Positions 24,384 to 29,501 of a stretch of 29,501 bases of DNA are shown in pieces. The DNA comes from Candidatus Heimdallarchaeota archaeon. GTDB lineage: Archaea > Asgardarchaeota > Heimdallarchaeia > JABLTI01. Position 1 is the stretch's first letter. Each line of letters begins with the position of its first letter. The position numbers and the translations under genes were made by a program. The stretch covers positions 1 through 29,501 of the forward strand of contig JAUWKS010000042.1 of assembly GCA_030614005.1 (NCBI GenBank), in the 5' to 3' direction. A model generated the notes under the pieces. That model searched no databases and had not been told where the DNA came from. It saw only the letters and a list, made by a program, of their open reading frames with translations.

Positions 24384-27300
24384 ATTCGCTTTATCATATT
24401 GATAAAGCTTTATTTCATCCAAATCTTTTGATGGATCAATAATCATAATACATTTTTGATGATACGTGTTCCCCTTCTTCAACCAATGTCCTAATCCATA
24501 TACTCTAAAACGTTCATTATAGAATCGATGATGTAAATGACCAATAACTAAATGTGTTACCTCTGTGATTTTTGGCAACCAACTTCTACCAGTTTTAATG
24601 AGCTCTTTTTTCGCTTGAATGGCAGCTACTTCAATACCAATATTCTTTGCTAATTTAGCATCTATACCAATTTTATTTCCATGGACAAAAAGCACTTGTT
24701 CTGTTTTAGTTTCAATATAGACATAGTCTTGATGGAGAAAGCCAGAGAACTGTTCGAGATTGCCATCATGAATAGAAGAACTTCGAACAAACACTAATTT
24801 TGACCAATATCCCTCTTGTATTGCTTTTGTTTTTAATTGGTTGAATGCTTCCTTACTTTCCTCAGATACTTTATCCAGCAAGTCACCATTTAGAATAATA
24901 ATAACCGCTTGTTTGCTGAATTCACTAATAGCTTCAAAAAATTCTTCCTGAAAGCATAACTCATGTGTAAGATGAATATCGGAAAAAGCAATAATCCTAT
25001 TCTCTTGTGAATCGATTTGCAAATTGGGTTCAATTGCTTCTGTATTATCAAGTGACTCTAAATTTGAAATATTGACCATATCTTTCACCAATTGTTTCAG
25101 ATATTCTTTGGAACCATCGGGCAAAAGACCCAGAATCTCTCCATAACAGTATTCACAACCTCGCTCACAAGAGCATTGCTCTAATCTCTGCAATGCTTGC
25201 TGGGCTACTTCTTGTAAATGTAAAAACAAATATTCAGCGTTTCCATTTGGTTCTCCTTTATCATAAATTGCCAATTGATTTGCATTATACACGAGTTCAA
25301 ATTCAGAAGCAGGTATAGAAAGAACCATCTCTACCTCAATGAGCAGAATTTCACCAAATAATTTTAGCATTTTCTTTGTAGTAAGGTTTTTTGGTTTTAA
25401 TAATTCAGTTTCCATGCTTATGACGATACCTTCTGATTTTTCGGCTATTGCTAACTCATTCGACTCTTGCTGTGTCAATTCCTGATAAAAATAGTTGCTG
25501 TTCTCATCCCTGCTTTTATCATTAACTAGCATTGAATTTGGATTGGCATTTGCAATTATCTTTGGCTTTTGGTTGGCAGTGATAAGTCCAAAATTGATGT
25601 TCACTAATCTTGTTCCTTGAATTTTCTTTGAAAATACACCAACGGAAATTGTTGGGTCATATAATTGATTCATTGGAAGTAAAGAGAAAGTATCATCCGA
25701 ATCACCGGTAAAGTATTTTTCTACTAAGATAGTTTTTTGCCATTTATCGAAATCAGTAACTAGGTACTTCTGTCTATTCCTAACAATAAGATTGTCAGGC
25801 AAACCTTTCTTGAGCACATCTTTTGGGGAAATTTTACCTAATGAAGTTGTTTGATCAGTTAACCGAATGGAATCAATACCTTTCTTCAATTGGATAGACC
25901 AATTAGCACTAATAGCTCTAATAGATGAAGGAACGAGAACATCATTGTTTTTTAGTTGTCGAAGCCTATTTTCTCCTTGACTGGTAAACAATATTTTTCC
26001 AGATACTTTTTTTAGCACGTTGAAACAAATGAGTTTAGTAAGTTGCTGTCGAGCTATTTCATAGACTTTTCTTCCTTCTTTCAAAAAGAAGGACATTATT
26101 TCTTGATAATCATTGATACCATATCGTAAATGGAGCACAAGCAATCCGGCTAAAATCTTGGGGTTTTGTCTTGGATAGAGTATTGGATTGCAAGCATTTG
26201 TTTCAAGTATAGTACGTAATATTTCTAGATGATGCCAATAGAAATTGTCTCGAGAGTTAGCAAGATCGAAAATACAGACATTCACCCGTCTTTCACTTGG
26301 GTTAGAACGGTTACGAGCGAATCTTTGAACGATACCATCCTTTTGGGTTATTGGTATCCCGATATTTACTACTGTTTGGACATTTGGAATATTCACTCCT
26401 AGCTCTAGAACAGAGGAGGAAATAAGTATCTTAATTCTGTTCCTTGTTCCCTTCTTTATCTCATCAAGTATCTTTTTTCGTTGAGCATAAGGCAAGTCTG
26501 CATGAATAATTGCTACAGTTATTTCTTCAAAGAATGGGTGCTTTTTCCTAAGCTTTGCGCACAGTCGTTCCGCCAATAGTTCAATCTCTTCTTTAGAATC
26601 CATAAATACTAAGCAGAATTTTCCCGGCATAGAGTCTAGTTCATGCCAAAGATCGGCAAGAAATGGTACAGTATGTTCTTTTGTTATTCCAAGGAATTCA
26701 TGTTCTCCACGTACAGGAGGGCAAGTAATAATTCCCGCACCTTGTAAGAAATCATCCCGAAAGTCAACAACATCATCAATCGTTGCAGAGGATAGGACAA
26801 CTTGACACTTGTGATTATTGTTCTTGTGTATCTGTATAAATCCCTTAATAATTCCTGCTGCAAAACCTTCAAAGGCATGTATCTCATCAAAAACCATATA
26901 CGGGCTAGAACTTATTTTATCGAGTAATGGATTCGTTTTTCCATGCTTTATCTGGTACCATACTTTATCGAATGTTGCTAAAAGGATGTTTGGTGGATGT
27001 TGCTCTGTTTCGTAGAGCTCTTTTTTCTGTGCATGTTTACTAACTGTTGAACCTGTAGCTCTACTAATATCGCCACTATACATCTTAACGGTTAATCGTT
27101 TACCACTTTGCTCTTCTAATTTTACAACTAACTCTTTCATTCTATCAAATTGGTCCAATAGAAGCTGCTTTGAAGGGTAGAATACTACAAAAAAATCAAT
27201 CTCACCTGTTAATATTTTAATTATTCCAGGAACACTAAACGAGAGTGATTTTCCTGAATACGTTCCTCCATTAATGATTAATCCATTATTAGTGGTTGTT

Positions 27301-27551
27301 GAGTTCAGCAAATGCTGTATTGCTTCTGCTTGATGCTCATAGGGGTGAGCACTTTGCACTATTGACTCAAGAACTAGTCCAAGTCCTTCTGCTTCTTTAG
27401 GTAAAAGATCAGACCAAACTAAATCGTTCCTAACTCTTGGTTGGGATGGGGGTAATGTAAGTATTGGAACCCACTCTCTTGGAGTAGTTACTTCTAAAGG
27501 AAACTTTTGAGTTGCTTTGGTTCGTCTATTAGTATTATTTATTTTAGTCAT
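24369..27551 (-). CDS. YprA/MrfA/Hrq1-type SF2 (DExH) helicase with Zn-binding DUF1998-like motif fused to a calcineurin-like metallophosphoesterase
   Basis: Helicase: YEHQ, GTYSGKS, YPSKQLLLDQ, YSGD, DEIH, SAT, SVLELGVNI, QRFAR and CSCERGCEYC. Phosphoesterase: FSDIH, NGDLLD, IHD, FVHG and IGHLH. ATG 27551 has AGGTGA 5 nt upstream (ORF track gives GTG 27560). Confidence 0.88.
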   Translation of the reverse strand: MTKINNTNRRTKATQKFPLEVTTPREWVPILTLPPSQPRVRNDLVWSDLLPKEAEGLGLVLESIVQSAHPYEHQAEAIQHLLNSTTTNNGLIINGGTYSGKSLSFSVPGIIKILTGEIDFFVVFYPSKQLLLDQFDRMKELVVKLEEQSGKRLTVKMYSGDISRATGSTVSKHAQKKELYETEQHPPNILLATFDKVWYQIKHGKTNPLLDKISSSPYMVFDEIHAFEGFAAGIIKGFIQIHKNNNHKCQVVLSSATIDDVVDFRDDFLQGAGIITCPPVRGEHEFLGITKEHTVPFLADLWHELDSMPGKFCLVFMDSKEEIELLAERLCAKLRKKHPFFEEITVAIIHADLPYAQRKKILDEIKKGTRNRIKILISSSVLELGVNIPNVQTVVNIGIPITQKDGIVQRFARNRSNPSERRVNVCIFDLANSRDNFYWHHLEILRTILETNACNPILYPRQNPKILAGLLVLHLRYGINDYQEIMSFFLKEGRKVYEIARQQLTKLICFNVLKKVSGKILFTSQGENRLRQLKNNDVLVPSSIRAISANWSIQLKKGIDSIRLTDQTTSLGKISPKDVLKKGLPDNLIVRNRQKYLVTDFDKWQKTILVEKYFTGDSDDTFSLLPMNQLYDPTISVGVFSKKIQGTRLVNINFGLITANQKPKIIANANPNSMLVNDKSRDENSNYFYQELTQQESNELAIAEKSEGIVISMETELLKPKNLTTKKMLKLFGEILLIEVEMVLSIPASEFELVYNANQLAIYDKGEPNGNAEYLFLHLQEVAQQALQRLEQCSCERGCEYCYGEILGLLPDGSKEYLKQLVKDMVNISNLESLDNTEAIEPNLQIDSQENRIIAFSDIHLTHELCFQEEFFEAISEFSKQAVIIILNGDLLDKVSEESKEAFNQLKTKAIQEGYWSKLVFVRSSSIHDGNLEQFSGFLHQDYVYIETKTEQVLFVHGNKIGIDAKLAKNIGIEVAAIQAKKELIKTGRSWLPKITEVTHLVIGHLHHRFYNERFRVYGLGHWLKKGNTYHQKCIMIIDPSKDLDEIKLYQYDKANSFLC

Positions 27552-27564
27552 GTAATTCACCTGT

Positions 27565-29469
27565 TTAGCTGAAATATTGTTTGTAAATTTCCAAGTGCTC
27601 TGTAATGCAGTTCAAAATTCGCAGCAAATTTCTCGGAGGAGACCAATCTGACCAAAAACTCTTTAGCTTTATCTGCTGCGAGTGATCAATCGCTTCCAAA
27701 GTAGCAATTAGATTGATTGTTCTTGTATTGATATGGTCAAAGTTACTTACTAACTCTGGGAGATTTTCATCTTCGGTGGGAATTTGTCCTATAGAGAATA
27801 GTAATTCCTGTACCATTCGATTATTGGTGTTCAATTGATAATAGCATTGCCTGTTAATTTTTTCACGAATTAGCAACCCTTGAGTAACCATTTGTGAGAG
27901 AATTCTTTGGGTTTGGTTTTGTGTCAATTGTAATACTTCTCGAAAATGGTTTGTTGAATATTTTGCGAAATATAGTTCCATCTGAAGAGCATAGGAGAGT
28001 AAAACTAATACAATAATCAAACTTCTATCCTGTTCCTTCTTTAGGAATTTAGTTAGCTGTAACTTCTCCCGACCCCGTTTATTATTCCAAGTACGCCATT
28101 TCTGCATTGCAATTTCTCGAAACACACTGCGAGTTTTTCTAGCAGCGAGTACTCTTTCTTCACTTCCAGCATACAAATCAGCATATTCTGAAGCAAACTT
28201 GTTCACTAAGGAAAGATCGTGTTCGATTCCAGAAGGACATATTACAAAAGGGTTAAAATTAGCTTCTTGAAAACATTGTTTGATTTTGCTCGTACTGAGC
28301 TGTTTTTCCAGACGGAATTCTTCAAAACAATTAATGAATGCTTTTCTAAAAGTTACTAAATAGTGCTCGAATGCATGGAGAAAGGGAATAGTTTTCCCGT
28401 AATAATACACTGGGAGTGAAACTGCTGCTGTGATTAGTTGTCTGATCTTCTTTTGTGCGTTGCTTTTTATTCGATAGACCTCTTGTCCTTTTTGTCCTAG
28501 CACGAGTGAACAATCATCAATGGTGAGCACTCCTGCTTGCATTGCTTCAAACATAGTTATCAAAGCAAGCACTCGCACAGGTTCTATAAGATCAAAATAT
28601 AACCCAAGCTTGTCTATATCCGATTTTGTTCGTCTTTTATGGAATAATCCGGCGCCCATAAGAGCAGGTTCAAGACCAATCTTTCTAAAAATTTCATCAA
28701 TTTCTGAGCGGAAGCCCCTAATAAACTGATTAAGGATCACATCTAACGGTGCATATGCAAAACTCGTTTTTCGACTAAAGGAAAGGAACATATCCATTAC
28801 AAACCGTGAAGTAACTCTTCCACGCGTCCAGAGCCCAACTTTTGCCCCTTCTTCTTTGAGCAATTCAAAGAAAAATCTGTTACTTTGTGCTTCCAGTAAC
28901 ATGCCATAATAACGAGACCGCACTCCTCCTGCAACCTTAATTTGCAAATCAATCATCTCAAATAACTGACGATTAATATGTTCATTCGGGTATTCTTTTC
29001 TCAGGTTTGTTTTTCTGAGGTATAACCCACCGCCAATATTTGATAGATGTCTAGCTTGTAAAAAGGACTGGTTGAATGTTTTCTTCTCACCTATAAAGGA
29101 AACTACTGTTTGCAAGAATTGGTATTGTTCTTTAGTGAACGGTTTCTCTTGAGATGATTCACTCGATAAGCTCTTTTTTGATTTCTTCTCTTTTGTTTTT
29201 GCTCTACTAATAGTGTAGTGATATTTTTCTGGTTCAAATTGTGCTAATGTTTCTAAGAATTTCTCTATTCTTTTGTAGCGTTTCCCTGAAAAGAAAATAT
29301 ATTGTACTTTTTCAAGTGGTATTTCATTTTTACAGATAGTAAGAACGAATGTTTTGTCACTCTTCCTTTCTAACTTTATATTTTCATTGTCATAAATTAC
29401 AAAAGCATACGAAGGATCTTTTTCCAACAATACTTGTGGGATTGACCCTGCTATTTGATAATAGAGCAT
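27565..29469 (-). CDS. cas1: Solo Cas1-family integrase-like protein with long C-terminal extension and winged HTH (may extend past the window edge)
   Basis: EIPLEKVQYIFFSG (Cas1 N-domain); GMLLEAQSNRFFF (E193); APLDVILN; GLEP...GLFH (H277); LYFDLIEPVR (D293/E296); FREVLQLTQNQTQRILSQMVTQGLL..E...YYQL (wHTH). The frame stays open to base 29501. Confidence 0.78.
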   Translation of the reverse strand: MLYYQIAGSIPQVLLEKDPSYAFVIYDNENIKLERKSDKTFVLTICKNEIPLEKVQYIFFSGKRYKRIEKFLETLAQFEPEKYHYTISRAKTKEKKSKKSLSSESSQEKPFTKEQYQFLQTVVSFIGEKKTFNQSFLQARHLSNIGGGLYLRKTNLRKEYPNEHINRQLFEMIDLQIKVAGGVRSRYYGMLLEAQSNRFFFELLKEEGAKVGLWTRGRVTSRFVMDMFLSFSRKTSFAYAPLDVILNQFIRGFRSEIDEIFRKIGLEPALMGAGLFHKRRTKSDIDKLGLYFDLIEPVRVLALITMFEAMQAGVLTIDDCSLVLGQKGQEVYRIKSNAQKKIRQLITAAVSLPVYYYGKTIPFLHAFEHYLVTFRKAFINCFEEFRLEKQLSTSKIKQCFQEANFNPFVICPSGIEHDLSLVNKFASEYADLYAGSEERVLAARKTRSVFREIAMQKWRTWNNKRGREKLQLTKFLKKEQDRSLIIVLVLLSYALQMELYFAKYSTNHFREVLQLTQNQTQRILSQMVTQGLLIREKINRQCYYQLNTNNRMVQELLFSIGQIPTEDENLPELVSNFDHINTRTINLIATLEAIDHSQQIKLKSFWSDWSPPRNLLRILNCITEHLEIYKQYFS

Positions 29470-29501
29470 CCTAAGAAAATGACGATGTTCTGTTTGAATA
29501 G

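Noticed and set aside
16780-28729. Shadow ORFs 16780-17031, 18743-18982, 18801-19001, 19208-19552, 20600-20938, 21836-22066, 22943-23182, 26684-26890, 26818-27015, 28520-28729
   Set aside because: Fully nested antisense to supported CDSs, with no independent evidence.
23271-29501. CRISPR array or complete CRISPR-Cas locus near cas1
   Set aside because: No run of equal-length repeats with unique spacers and no cas2/4/6/effector genes in the window. The two repeats at 23.5 kb are too degenerate and are 65 nt apart.
23271-29501. Calling the island a casposon outright
   Set aside because: No PolB, paired TIRs or TSD are visible, and the other end is outside the window.
1-29501. tRNA or rRNA genes
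   Set aside because: No GC-rich cloverleaf, T-loop motif or rRNA-like segment in any intergenic region.

Overview
AT-rich archaeal window, most likely from an Asgard archaeon. This is inferred from co-occurring eukaryotic-signature proteins (E2 ubiquitin-conjugating enzyme, Rab-like GTPase, Cdc48-N/vWA protein), a class III signal-peptide pilin and GGTGA/GGAG-type RBSs. About 1-23.3 kb is chromosomal backbone: erythrin-VIT1, agmatinase, TPI, E2, MetRS, amidohydrolase plus giant COOH-NH2 ligase, PPi-type PFK, PaaK-like protein, ModE, Rab, pilin, Cdc48N-vWA and a degenerate NuoD/NuoH pair. A tnpB/aminotransferase chimeric scar sits at 3.8-4.4 kb. From about 23.3 kb to the right edge is an accessory island: a 5'-truncated type I hsdM facing a two-gene operon made of a CRISPR-less, double-length Cas1-family protein with a C-terminal winged HTH and a YprA/MrfA-type Zn-helicase fused to a calcineurin-like phosphoesterase. 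Top observations: (1) this solo-Cas1 plus helicase-nuclease module, (2) a circularly permuted triosephosphate isomerase, (3) the amidohydrolase/ligase pair, where the ligase has a long basic linker. No rRNA, tRNA or CRISPR array was seen. All family calls are by-eye motif recognition; no searches were run.
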